This document shows positions 1 through 17,636 of a DNA stretch of 64,000 nucleotides, in pieces. Source of the stretch: the human T2T-CHM13v2.0 reference genome, Homo sapiens; assembly GCF_009914755.1 (NCBI RefSeq), contig NC_060941.1, one strand, 5' to 3'. A program made the position numbers and the translations under genes. Position 1 is the stretch's first letter. The number at the start of each line of letters is the position of its first letter. The notes beneath the pieces are model-generated. The model worked only from the letters and a program-made list of their open reading frames with translations, ran no database searches and had not been told where the DNA came from.

Positions 1-2
1 CC

Positions 3-365
<363 letters not shown>

Positions 366-395
366 TAATTATTTGTTGTATAAATAAGAGGTCCC

Positions 396-1068
<673 letters not shown>

Positions 1069-1499
1069 GTCTCCTTAACACTAGCTGAGGTCCCTGGATG
1101 GGGTAGGCTATTGATAATAGCTCACTATCCCAAACCGTTAGCAACACAGGCAACTTTTGGTGGGAATGGAGAGCTTCCCTGGACAGCACAAGACAAGCAA
1201 TTTCCTGATACCAAAACCCTGGGAGTTCCTGGGGCTGAACTGAAGGCCACTCTGCATGATGAAATTTCCAGAGAGCCACAAGAAAGATGGGGACTTCCCA
1301 AAGTCCACGGAGCATGCTCTGATGGCATTGGCAAGTTTATATGAAAGCAACGGCATTACTGCATTAACCACTGAAACTTCCTGTTAGCCATCTGGCCCAA
1401 CGCCGTTTACTAAATAATCCATGCTTTCCCCAGTGATTTAAAACAACACTCTTATCATAAACCTGATCTATATTTCAGTCTGTCCCTGACTACCCCTCC

Positions 1500-2580
1500 C
1501 TATCTATTCTCCCTTGCCTTTGATGACATTACCTTCTCCTGGATTCCTTGTATCTCTGACAATTCCTTCAAGGTCTCCTTGGCTGCTGCCTTACACCTGT
1601 GCTGCAAGGCCCCGGGTGATCTTCTACATCCTCATCACTTCACCTCTCTGCTGATGAAACACAAATCCTGGGCCACCCTCTGTGGCTGGGCAGGTTGGTC
1701 ACTGCGCAACAGTGGCCAGGCCATGTACCCACATGGCTCACCAAGTTCCCATCTCTAGCTCAGAAGTCCTCTAAGTCACACCGTAGCCATCCAAATGCCA
1801 GCCATCTCTCCCAGAACGCACCCCAGGGAACCACACACTCAGCATGGACTCATTTTTCTTTCTTCCTAACCTGTTCCTCCCTTGAATACCCTATACTCAC
1901 TGTATGGTCCCATCACACAAGGCAGAAAACCCGGAGGAATCCAGGCACTTCCAATCCCTGACCTGCCACAGCCACATCCTGTCTGACAGATTCTACCTCC
2001 TCCTCTCCAGCCACTGCTGTAGAATTGGTGTTTGACCTCATTATTTCTCCTCTCATTTAGTCTGTCGGCCTCCACGCTTACCGGCCTTAAAGCCTTCGCT
2101 CTGCCGCACAAGCAGCCTTGCCACAATATTCTGATCATGTCACGCCACCGCCTGGAAATTTCCCATGGATTCCCGCTGCCTACAGGATAAAGACCTGACT
2201 CCTCAAAATGCCCCAAGGCCCCTGACTCTCTCTCTCACCTCTTTCTTCCTTAACCAATGCCAAACACATCCGCTGTTTTTCTCTCCTGCCTGGTCTTTAC
2301 TCATGCTGTAACCTTGGCTTGGAATGCCTGAGTCAAGGCCGCCCCCTCCCCCTGCAAAGACTTGGTTAATACCCAGATCAAGCTGACTACTCCCTTCCTC
2401 GAGCCCCCAGATTTCCACACGAATACCTGTAACACTTATAGGTTTATATGTGTCTCTGGCCCTATTAGAACTGCAGGTTCTGAGATCACAGACAGCATCT
2501 AGTTTGATTTTGGATCCCCAGAGCCCGGCTCAGTGGCTAGCACAGTGACAACCTCATCCATAAAATCCTAAATGGATGTG
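1500..2580 (+). mobile_element. Degraded L2 3' fragments
   Basis: L2-like phrases (cccatggattcccgctgcctacaggataaagacctgactcctc); boundaries approximate. Confidence 0.55.
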
Positions 2581-2598
2581 AAAATAAGCAGATTAGCC

Positions 2599-2905
2599 AG
2601 CCAGGTGCGGTGACTCACGCCTGTAATCCCAGCACTTTGGGAGGCTGAGGAGGGGTGGATCATGAGGTCAGGAAATCAAGACCATGCTGGCCAACATGGT
2701 GAAACCCTGTCTCTACTAAAAATACAAAAAAATAGCTGGGTGTGGTGGCGCATGTCTGTAATCCCAGCTACTCAGGAGGCTGAGGCAAGAGAATCGCTTG
2801 AACCGGGGAGGCGGAGGTTTCAGTGAGCCGAGATCGCACCACTGCACTCCAGTCTGGCGACAGAGCGAGACTCTGTCTCAAAAAAAAAAGAAAAGAAAAG
2901 AAAAG
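2599..2905 (+). mobile_element. AluS
   Basis: Full dimer; TSD aagcagattagcca. Confidence 0.92.
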
Positions 2906-3829
2906 AAGCAGATTAGCCAAGGCAAGGTAATACAAATGTAAATTAGACTTTCAACTGGTTATAGGTGTAAAAATGGGGACAGAACACCTATTATCCCCAG
3001 GCACCCTCTGGAAAAGAAGAGATTAGGGATTAAGGGAGAAAGACTAGAAGCGTCTGGAAGAAAGGTAGACAGACAAAGAGGAAGAGAAGAATGGCCTGCT
3101 TAGAACCGGGACTGCACTTTCTGGGCACTGGGCTAGCATGTGGATGAAATGCCACCTGGAGAGCGACAGAGCAAAGATGCTTAAGCAAGGGGCCAGGCAG
3201 AAAGGCAGATAGATGCAGCTGGCCCAGCAGTGAGGAGGCACAAGCTCAGGTGCCTCCAGGAGTCAGGAGGTAAGAAAAACATGAGTGGCTATTCTCATAG
3301 ATGCCTTCCTGCAGAAAGGCAGGCAGATTAAAATATATTTAAAACATCCCTACAGCCAAACAAAACAAGTCTAAGAAACGATTCCAGAGGAGAATCAGAA
3401 AGATAGCTGCTTTCCTTCTCCCTTAGACTGCCGAGCAAAATTATTAATATGATGTTCATGGGCTGCATGATCCCTACAAACACAGCTGACTCTTTGCCAT
3501 CAGTAAGACACTCCCCATCCCCTAGCCCTTCCTTACCCTTCCCATCCTGCAGCTTCCTTCTCCAGGAAGCCTCCCCTGATTCCCCAGGGTCTCTCTGTGA
3601 CATGCTCTTAAAACACCCTGGACTCCTGCTTCACAACCCTTTCCTGATTGATCAAATAGGTTTTCACTTAAAATCTGTTCCCACTATAAGAAGATAAACA
3701 CTTGCAGGGCAGAGACTTTGTTCTTATTAAATCCCCAGTATCCCAAGACTCACTCTGCCTGGTACATATTTGAGGCTCAAACTATGTGTTGAAGGAATGA
3801 TTCAATCAAACAGATAAACAATAAGTTAA

Positions 3830-5574
<1,745 letters not shown>

Positions 5575-6048
5575 GCCTGGAGCCTCTGTGGGATCACAAT
5601 ATCTCAGGACCCATAAGAAAGCTGTCACCAGTGGCATCTGCTAAAGTCTGAGTCCCAGAAAAAAGCTGCCAGACACTGTCTATTGATATAAAATATGACT
5701 TAAATTAATAGAGTGCAGGTGAAATTAATAGCATACCCATGCGATGGATTACTACACAGCTGTTTAAAAGAATGGGTTAGACTGAAATGTACAAAGTATA
5801 GAAAGATGTCCACATACACTGTCAAAGTAACTTAAAGGACAACATAGACAATATTTTCCAATTTATTTTAAAAGAATAAGTATACATATGTTTAAAAGGT
5901 GAGACCGGGGATTATTTTTTATTTGAAATCATTTTGTACTTACTGAATTTTTTACCGTGAAAACAAACTAGTCTCTAACTTAAAAAAAGATAAAGATGCT
6001 GAAATTCAGAAAGCCATTTCCCCCCATGCCCCTTTGCAATAGAGTAGC

Positions 6049-6136
6049 TTATTTGGGACAATAACGGATCCAAATTATTCATATCCCCTAGCAACCTGAC
6101 CTTCCAATAATTTGGATCCAATGTTGTCCCAAATAA
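6049..6136. repeat. 31-bp inverted repeat with 26-nt spacer
   Basis: ttatttgggacaataacggatccaaattatt pairs with aataatttggatccaatgttgtcccaaataa (28/31). Confidence 0.95.
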
Positions 6137-7496
6137 TTGATGATCTCATGATCCTACGGTCCAAATTCTGTGTTTGGCAGATGGGTGTTGCATACATAGA
6201 CACACTCTCCTCTGAAATTTCAAGTCTCCGGTAACAGTGCAAAGCTGTTCATGTGTTTGTTTTGAGGAAGTGTAAGATTAGAACGGTCAGAAATAGTCCT
6301 ACTTCCCTTTTCCTAGAAACTTCATTACCTCTTGCGCTAGAACACCCCTCTTGAGCCTGTGGAAGGTCAGGTTGCCAGGGGATACGAATAAACCAGCTGC
6401 CTTCTTTGTGTCTCTGCTAAACAGTAGCTGGCTCCCCTGTCACTAGGACCCCCTCCTGGTGCAGGCTTATAAACATCAGCTGTAGTAACGATACCCCCAG
6501 GTGGGAAGGGGTGGTCATGTAGTCAGGCAGGCACAGAGGAGTGAGAGGCCAAGGCTGAGCCAGCAGTGGACTTGGGTACGATTTTCATCTTTTGCCTTGG
6601 AACGCATGTCTGTGATTCCCACTAAATCTAACTTTCCTTGGTTTAAATCCTCTCAGTTCTCTCATGGCAATTTCTCTGGGGAGTCACGGAGGTCAAGACA
6701 CAGCTCTGTTCAGCTGGTTTACCCTGTCCTGCCCTGCCCAAGACCACAGCCTGCAACAGTGCCCTTTGCTCACCTTGTTACAGAACCTGCCACGTGGTGC
6801 ATCCCCTTTTATAAACCATCCACAGCAAACTTCTGGGGATCCTGGGGTCATTTGAAGGCCTGGGAGGTCCCTAATTATTGGGGTCATTGAGGTGTGGTCC
6901 TATTCAACTCAGATGCACATGGAACCTGTACTATTTGATGGGATAAATAACCCATAAGCACCCCCGGCATTTCCCAAAAAACATCTGGAGAAATGCCAGC
7001 CAGTGAGATACTTAAGGAAAAAGATGACGTTGTAGTGAAATTAGGGAAACCTCGCATTTGCAACCCCTGTATTGAAGCTTCAAGATCATTAAAACCTTCA
7101 AAATTCCAAGACATCATGCAGTGACTTTGCCTCGTTCATTTTATTCAAGCCAGCTGTTGACCATAGAACCTTTTGAGACACCCTTCAGAAAACCCAGCCC
7201 CAGACGAACAGGTTGGGTTTAACACAGATACCCAGGGTGGACGTCAGGGTCCAAGGAAGACTCAAACCATAAAGGGCAGCCTTCCTTCCAAGATACTCCC
7301 AGAACTACAGACCCAGACTTGCACCCCTACCACCCAGCACAGTGGGAGGAGTAAGACTTTACTGTAGCCCCTGAGCATAGACTTAAGAAGAAAAAACCCC
7401 CAAACAGAGAGGCGAAGAAGGGAGAAAAAACGTGCCCCTCTAGAGAGCCAGAATGCCAGGGGGTTGGTGCAGGATTCTCCCCCGAGCGGGACTCAC

Positions 7497-7617
7497 CATT
7501 GGTGGTCGTGTTGACATAGTACCGCCGGCCCTGAGGCGACAGGTAGCTCTGCCAGCCAGGTGGAAGGATGACCGTCTGGCTTTCTTCTCCCGGCGGAGGG
7601 GGGACCATTCCAGGCTT
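7497..7617 (-). CDS. GAS7: GAS7 internal coding exon (exon 2 of the long isoform): proline-rich segment and most of the WW domain
   Basis: Minus strand reads ttctttcttctccaacag|AAG CCT GGA ATG GTC...ACC AAT G|gtgagt: 121 nt, phase 0 start, phase 1 end. The translation KPGMVPPPPGEESQTVILPPGWQSYLSPQGRRYYVNTTTN matches GAS7 as I recall it, with WW signature LPPGW...GRRYYVN. Confidence 0.97.
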
Positions 7618-8349
7618 CTGTTGGAGAAGAAAGAAAAGGTCACACCCATTTGGCATTTTTGCAAGAGTTTTTAAACCAGGAAGGCAAAGGCTGATGAATT
7701 CACCCTACAGTAGCGTGACATTGGGAAGTCTGCGGCCCATAAACCCCTGAGGTCAGAGGCAGCACACACGTGACCTCCGGGGTTGCGTGAGCATGAGCAG
7801 TGAGAAGCACCTGAGCATTCAGAGCCCCTGCACAGAGGACAGCTCCTCTGGGAGCAGAGAGGAAAATGCCATTCAGCTAATGGAGCTAGACTTTCTCCAC
7901 GGCCCCCTAGAAAATCACTCACGGGGTGCTGAGCTTGCAAGGGGGCCCTGTCACTCCACCACCTCCCATTGTGAAATCTGAAGCCTGAAATTCCCAGACC
8001 ACGAAGCACAGCAGCAGACAAGGCCCCAGGCTTGCTGTGCAAACCTAGCAGAAGTAATTAATGCAAGTCATCCCACAGCCAGATGCAAAACATTCTATAA
8101 TAATGCTGAGAATCCATGAAGAGCTGGATGGAGCTTCTCTCGCCAAGGGTCCAGATCACTCTGGCAAAAAGAACGAGGACTCGGAGACAGAGCAGACGCT
8201 GACTTCCCATTGTATGCATTTATGTGCAATTAATTCTTTTAACCATGTATAGAATTACTTTTCGTTAAAAAACAAATCAGAGAAAAATGTATATGACATA
8301 CAAAGAAACTAGATATCTAGTAGACAGATGCTAAAAAAAAAACAACCAT

Positions 8350-8742
<393 letters not shown>

Positions 8743-9541
8743 CTAAATTTTCTCCCATAAACACAGAAATAAAAGTTGTTAGCTAAAGAACATTTTAAAA
8801 TTAGGACAGAGAGTCCAAATTAGCCCGTAAGATTGCTGTGCCTTTTGAAGTAAATTGATTAAAATCAGAATTGTAGCCATACGAAGAGAGTAGCCATGAA
8901 TTTCTCAGCAAAGCCAGGGGACTGTTCACAAACAGTAAAGGTAATCGGCTCCCAAATGTCCTCAGTATCCCCCAGCTGTGCCCATAGTGGTGGTCCCTGG
9001 TGACCCCCGCTTAGGAAAACAAGATAACAGAATGAAAGAGAGCAGCAGAGACACACAGCTCCCAGGCTACTCTCACGCTTTGTGAAGGTTGCAAAACCAC
9101 GTGCCGTGGCTTCCCGTAGTGCCCTGCATGTCATTGGAGGGAACGAGTAAATCTGAGCTGCTCGGGGACTTTGAGTAAACACAGCCTCCCTTCTGCCCTC
9201 TGCGTAGCTGCGGTGTAAGTTTCACAATGCATTTTCACAACTTAATTAAAAGCTTTCCCCTATGCCCTGGACGCTCCATCTCCTACACCTGCTAACCTGC
9301 AGTGCCCGTTTGATTCCGTATGGAAGACTGTCTTCTAAGACAGCAGGAGACAGTGAGGTGGACAGCAGCCAGGATCAACACGGTGTGGCATCCCACCAGG
9401 GTCCCAGGTTGCTGTCTCACCAGCATGTCCAGTAAGCACAAGCCCACATCTGGGCAGGTTTACCTGGGCCCTCTCACTGCTTTGGACTCTCCAGGATTGG
9501 AAGATAGCCAAAATATATGCAAGACAAATAGGATTATAACA

Positions 9542-9587
9542 ACGTGCATGTGTGCGTGTGTGTGCGTGTGCATGCGCGCGTGCATGT
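9542..9587. repeat. Alternating purine-pyrimidine tract (TG/CG/CA)
   Basis: acgtgcatgtgtgcgtgtgtgtgcgtgtgcatgcgcgcgtgcatgt. Confidence 0.85.
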
Positions 9588-9694
9588 TGAGAGAAAGAGA
9601 AGTATCCCATGCACAGGAGATGAACATTCTGTCCAATAGGATTAGAAATAAAGTCGGCATGGGTGGGGGGTCAGGGGATTAAAACTGAGGGTTA

Positions 9695-9997
<303 letters not shown>

Positions 9998-10382
9998 CTA
10001 CAGGCATGAGTGTTTGATGAAAGAGATTCTAGAACCAGAGGGGCAAGATGCCAGGTGTCCTCCCCTTGAGTGAAATATTCTAGTTTCTCCTTCAATCAAA
10101 CATGGGAAAGCCATATTGGTACTTATCCAAATAACTTGGGAGGAAATAGGAAGGATCAAATATTGACATGGTCAGAAAAGGGGTGCAGGAGACAGGAACC
10201 CACAGGCACAGCGAAAACAGCCCTCAGGCTCAAACAGCCTTCAGTGCCAATCCTGCCTGGACCGCTTGACAGCCATGTGACCACAGGCTACTGACTCACC
10301 AGGCTATTCTCGAATCTGTGAAACGAAGGGTGATAATATGAGCCCAGTTGTGGAAGACGACGGAGAGGGTAACAATACGTAA

Positions 10383-10403
10383 CTCAGCACCTAGGGCAGC
10401 GCC
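10383..10403 (+). promoter_or_regulatory. RE1/NRSE-like REST site
   Basis: CTCAGCACCTAGGGCAGCGCC vs consensus TTCAGCACCACGGACAGCGCC (17/21; two mismatches in the spacer). Confidence 0.5.
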
Positions 10404-11039
10404 TGTCCTGAGGGATGCGCAATGAATGGGGTTTTCCACTGGAAGGGCTTCACACAGTCCGTCTACGGCGATACGGACCTCCACCCTAGCCTCACCATCC
10501 CTCTGTCTGAAATGTCAGCATCAACAGTCACTTCTCTGAGGTTTCTGTTTCCAATACTACCCGACTTGAACGGCAAACACCTGCTGGGGAGGTTAACAGC
10601 CTGAGAGCTGGCCAGTGCGTTCTGGTGAGAGGGCTGGGCAGTGAGGAGACCACTCCTTACAGGAGCTGGAGAGCCAGTGGACCCAACCTGTGAACCTCAG
10701 TGTCCCACCCAGGAAAGAGCAATAATGATGCCGTCCCTTCTCCGCAAGGCACTGATGACCACGAGGTCTCCCGCAACGAGGAAATTCAGGACCTTACAGA
10801 AGGTGGGAGGCACCCTGATACTGAGCCGTGAAGGGCCATGAGATGCTGAAAGAGGTGGGGAGGAGGGCACTGGGGCCACCAGGCCCATCTCCTAATGTGG
10901 CTGATGTGGCAAAGATGGTCTCCACATCTCCCTCCTGCAGGGCCGCACTCTGCCTCCATCTCCCGAGGCAGCCACAGTCCCATCACCTTTCTGTTCTCTT
11001 AGAAAGGAGTTCCTCCTGATGGCTGACTTTAAAAGTCAA

Positions 11040-11550
11040 AAGACATGGAGACAACCAGGTATAGACACAAACACCTAGAAACAAGCAGTCAGACAAAAAT
11101 TGGTACATGGATGCTCACAGCAATATCATTCGTAATGGCCAAAAAGTAGAAACAACTCAAATCCCCCATCAACAGATGGATGGATAGTGTAGTACAGCCA
11201 TACAATGGAATATTATTCAGAAATTAAAAAAAAAAATGGAGCCGTGATACATGCTACAACATGGATAAACCTTGAATACATTATGCTAAGTGAAAGGAGC
11301 CAGACACAAAAGACCACATATTGTATGATTTCATGCATATGAAATGCCCAGAATGGGCAGAGCCATAGAGACAGAAACAGATTTGTCTTTTCCAGAGGCC
11401 TGGGGAGGGGAGAATGGGTACACGTTTTCCCTTTGGGGTAATGACACTGTTCCGGAACTGGATCGTGGTAATGGTTGCACAATATCATGAATACATAAAT
11501 ATATCACTGATGGTAAATATTTTGTCATGTGTATTGTACCACAATTAAAA
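11040..11550 (+). mobile_element. Old L1 (L1MB-like) 3' end
   Basis: catacaatggaatattattcag...acatggataaaccttgaatacattatgctaagtgaaaggagccagacac. Confidence 0.85.
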
Positions 11551-11561
11551 AAAAATTTTTT

Positions 11562-11875
<314 letters not shown>

Positions 11876-12836
11876 CTTTTTTCTGCCTTCTGCGAAGGCA
11901 GAAGTTAGACCTTCCTACCTTCAAGTCTTCACTTAAGGGCCAACAGCACCAGCATTACCTCACCCTTCATGGCCACAGAGGGGCAAGAGCAGCCGGCCCC
12001 CAGGCATCCAGAGGACACAGTGTGCATAACCACCCAATAATTAAGGTCTCTCTCAATCTTATTCTTCTAATTAGTTTCCTTCCAAGTTAAATCCTTCCCT
12101 TCTCTTCCTTAGTCCTGTGGCTTTTTCCCTTCAATTCTGTCAGCACTTTCCCGTGGGAACTGTACTGGAAGCAGAGGTGACACAGGCCCGGGGGCTGGGG
12201 ACAGACCCCACCTGGAAGGAACAAGATCAGAGGTAGCAGGATTTGGGGTGGGGGAAAACGAAGGAAGTTCTTTCTAACTCAGAAATTCTTTACCTAATAC
12301 AGGGTGTCTTTGTGGGAATAATAAAACGCGGCCTCTTCCTCTGGAAGGGACCATCCCTTGGCCAGATTGCAAGGACAGGCTTCAGTCCCTCTCCATCCAC
12401 CCTCACCTGGGCCTCCTTGTTCAGTAGGCAACCTGCTCAATGATATATATGGAAAGAGCATCCTTTAAGAATCTGAGGAAGGCTATGGATCTTCTGTCCC
12501 CTAAAATGGGTGCACATACACACACACGCTATTTCATAAGTAATATCAGGAGGTTTCTACACTACTTCAGAACCCTACTCTAGAAAGGACTCGAGAAATA
12601 TCTGAGCCCAGGTCCATCTGTACCCATCGATAATGACTTTTTACCAGTCACCAAATATCTATAATGCATGCCAGACTGGACTGGGTGCTTTAGACAATCA
12701 GCTACTCGTCACAACAAGCCTGCCTCATAGATGGCATTTATCCCCGCTTTAAAACAAGGCATCTGAGACGCAGAGAGTTTAATAACTTGCCCAGTGTGGC
12801 ACGGTTAATGGTAAAAACAAACTGCTTAAAAATATC

Positions 12837-12970
12837 AGCTGGCGAGATGCAGTGACTCATGCCTGTAATCCCAGTGTTTTGGGAGGCCGAGGCAGGAGGA
12901 TTGCTTGAGGCCAGGAGTTCAAGGGCAGCCTGGGCAATGGAGCAAGACCCCATCTCTACACAAAATTAAT
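12837..12970 (+). mobile_element. Alu left monomer (FLAM-like), preceded by a MIR remnant
   Basis: Single arm ending catctctacacaaa, then (AATT)n. Confidence 0.8.
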
Positions 12971-13373
12971 TAATTAATTAATTAAAATAATAGCTTTGTT
13001 CTAGAGACTTCTATCCAGTTACCTTAAAGTTGGGCCACATCTCTCCCCAGCTACACCTACTCAGCTCCATTTCCTCACTGAGACCACCTGACACCCCAGC
13101 TCCTTCCCAAGGAGGATGACAACTCAAGCCTGATCCTCCTGTCTCCCAGTCCCCAAGTGAGCATATGATGTGCAAAAATATCACCGCCCGCGTCCAGGCC
13201 GTCACGTTCCCTAGCTGTAGGCTGACTTCCTTGTCTCTTTATTTAAAAAAACAACGCAACCCCCAAAATTTTCCCCTTAATGGTGGCTACTGATTCCTCC
13301 TTTAAAAAAAAAAAAAAGCAGGCAAGCAAAGTCACCCAGAGATTACAGAGATCAAAAACAAATCCCCCCACAG

Positions 13374-13530
13374 CAGTGTTTTTCAAAGTATGGTCACCGT
13401 GGGCCACCCCAGCAGTCACCTGGGATGTGAGTTCAAGTGCACACTCTGGGGCCTGACTCAATCTCCAGAGCAGCCTGGGAGGCTGCATTTGTCACAGTGA
13501 TCCTGGGTGAGTCCTGTGCTCTAAAGCCAC
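13374..13530. mobile_element. MER5A-like DNA transposon
   Basis: cagtgtttttcaaagtatggtc...cagcagtcacctggga. Confidence 0.6.
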
Positions 13531-13869
13531 TCCGTTGCAGCATTAGAGGCAGCAACTGAGAAAAAACATCACTTCTGAAATGAAAACTGAGATCATAGAA
13601 TTTTTATAAGCATGATTTGTAAAAAGACAGTGTTGGGCTGCACAGTGACTTATTAAAGAAAAAGATTCTGTTCCATTGCCCCAAACCCTTCAAATAAACT
13701 ATTTAACAGACGGTGGAGGTTGTCTCTGCAGCCTCCAGGCAGTACAGACCCTGCTACTCCGCTCCCTACCGCTCCCACCATGCTTCAAGCTCAAGTTCAA
13801 CCCGGATGCCACCTCCACCTCCGGGACTCTCTCCCCCTCCGGAGGTTTCTGAGAACACCTGACTCTTAC

Positions 13870-14040
13870 CTTATCCTAAAGCCGTGAGCAAACGCTACTC
13901 GCTGGTGTTAATGGGTGGTCGTCAGACACTCGCTTTAGCAGCCAGATCAGACGGTTTTAAGGTCTCCCACTCTGCATCCTCTCACACCCCAAACCCAGAA
14001 GCAATAGGAGCTCTAAAGAAAAGCATATCCACAGGGCCCC
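13870..14040 (-). other. GAS7: Alternative non-coding first exon of GAS7; predicted protein starts MVPPPP in exon 2
   Basis: Strong donor GATAAG|gtaaga at 13870; in-frame TAG three codons before the junction; TATA-like box 14068-14077 and RFX box 14123-14136 upstream. 5' end is estimated. Confidence 0.75.
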
Positions 14041-14170
14041 ACACCCCCACTCCCCCCACACCCAGATCTATATATAACAGCTCTGAAGTTGTCAGCCTAA
14101 CGAGCCACTTTCTGGCAGACCCGTTGCTATGGCAATGCTTGCTAATGAGCCCAGTGCCGTGATTGGCACT
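14037..14170 (-). promoter_or_regulatory. Internal GAS7 promoter: G-tracts, TATA/MEF2 10-mer, RFX X-box, CCAAT
   Basis: Minus TTATATATAG 14068-14077; GTTGCTATGGCAAT 14123-14136; ATTGG (minus CCAAT) 14162-14166. Confidence 0.65.
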
Positions 14171-14932
14171 GCTTGAAGGCTCCTCCACAAAGGACTCTCC
14201 AGCAAGTTCTCTCTTCCCCAACCACGGAGGCAGCTGGACACCCAGAAGCAGCCAGGGCATGGCTGGGAAGGTTGAGTCCCGGAGTAGTCCTGGACTCAGC
14301 AGCCAGGAGTGGCCCCACTGCCAGCTCTGCACTCCTCAGGGAGTCAACCAATTACTAATGGGGCTGCCAGAGCCCACCAGGAAGATCAAGACCCAGCAGG
14401 GCTGGAGACTGGCAATTCACTCCCACGTCATGCCTTCCTGGTGGACACCTGTTTAGGTGGGCAGACTCCTACACAGAGCTGGGAACAGCTACCCGAGAAG
14501 GATACTCTCCTCCAGCTCTGGGTTAAGACACAAATCATGCAACAGTGACATCACCAGCCCCAGAGTCTGTCTCTAAGAATACTGGGCGCATTTCCTGTCT
14601 CACAGGTGAAAGTATTGCGCTCCCCAACTCCAGCAGCCTTTCTAGCCATACTCAGAAATTTCAGTGCACAGAAAATAGTAGGGGACCCCTGGCAACGTCA
14701 CAACACATCCTGAGGACTGCAGTCTTCACCCAGTAGTTATGCAGGAGACAGGCTGGACCCCGGCAGAGTCTTCATTTTCTTCTAAAGGTCAGAGATTCAG
14801 AGACTTGGCCTGGAAGGAGGAGGTTGGGAGAGCTGCCATATCAACAAAGAAACAGACTATAAGATTCGGGAAGACAGGGCCATGTCCCTATCCCTCTTTT
14901 CACAGCTTTAATCTCAGCACAGTGCCCAGAAC

Positions 14933-14977
14933 AATGAATGAATGAATGAATGAATGAATGAATGAATGAGTGAATGA
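14933..14977 (+). repeat. (AATG)n microsatellite, probably an L2 tail
   Basis: Direct reading; preceded by ctcagcacagtgccc. Confidence 0.9.
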
Positions 14978-15133
14978 AAACTGAGAATTATAGTAGGAAC
15001 TAGGCTTCAGAAATATTTGAGGAGGCTATTTTACCAAATAAGCAGACAGGGAATGGGAGTGGGAGTTAGAGAAAGTGTGTGTGCCCCATCTGTGAACAAA
15101 TCCCAGCTCTTAATGGATCTATTGAATGGACTC

Positions 15134-16150
<1,017 letters not shown>

Positions 16151-16199
16151 GGAAGGGGGAGGCAAGATAATATGTATTGTTTATTTTATTGCAGAAAAT

Positions 16200-17150
16200 A
16201 GATAGAGGAAGAACATCCAGAAGCCTAGAAGCCTCAAGAGAAACACAAACTTCTCATCAGGATCTCACATAGTATCCAGAAGAAACATCTCAGAAAAGTA
16301 TCTAGCAACCTCAACAAAGGGCAGGAAGATATGACATTATGATACAAGAACAAAAACTCATAAGAAGAGAACAAAACAAGGCAAGTTGGTTTGAAAAAAA
16401 AAAACCAAAATGATATAAAAAAGGAACAGGAAATGATAAAAATTATAGGGAAGTTTGAAAGGTTGTAACAGAAGGAAAATGCACATTGGTTGCAATAAAA
16501 CATGGAATCAATACTGCAAAACAAAGTGAATTCGTTATGTACAGAACAAACGAGAATTGTTTTTTCCCCAGAATGCAAAGGAAATGGGAAAAATGCAAAC
16601 GTGAGGACAGAACAGCAAACCAAGACATGGATACTGGGTGTTCCTGAAGAGGAGACCAGCAGAAAAGCTCTAACAGAAAAGAAAGAATAAACAAAGGTTG
16701 ATGGGGAGGAAAGTTCCAGAGCTGGGCCACACGGGACGTCCTACGCTGTTCAAGGCAAAGTGGATTTCAAAAAACCAACCAGCAGACATACCCTAACAAC
16801 ATATTTACACAGCAAAGATAAGGATAAAAGTCCTGTAATCATTTACGTGGGAAGACCAGTGCAAGAATAAAAAGAAGGCTGGTCTCAAACTTCTCTGTAG
16901 CCACATCTCAAAAGACATCTCCGGTGCATGATGGGGAAAATACCACGACCTTCATTGTACTTCAAGGTAGCCAAGCTGTCTTTCACAAGGGAAGGCAACA
17001 GAAACATATTCTTCTAGAGACAAGTACTCATGTCCTCCTTAGCAGAAGTACTTAAGAGATGTACTTCAACTGCCTGAAAGAGCAAGACAAATAAAGGTGA
17101 AGAATGACGAAATCACGGCACAAAAGGATCCAGGCTGAACGCTGAAAGCA
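16200..17150 (+). mobile_element. Ancient L1 ORF1-like / HAL1 remnant
   Basis: A-rich strand bias; ggtgttcctgaagaggag and ggctggtctcaaacttctc motifs. Confidence 0.55.
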
Positions 17151-17281
17151 GCTTACAGAAATGCATACGTAATTATGCATTTCTAGTTATACAATCATGT
17201 ATACATGTTGCTATTCTCAATATATACTGTAAAAAAATGAAATTATAACCTGAGTCTCAAATATAGACAGTACTAGAAAAG

Positions 17282-17636
<355 letters not shown>

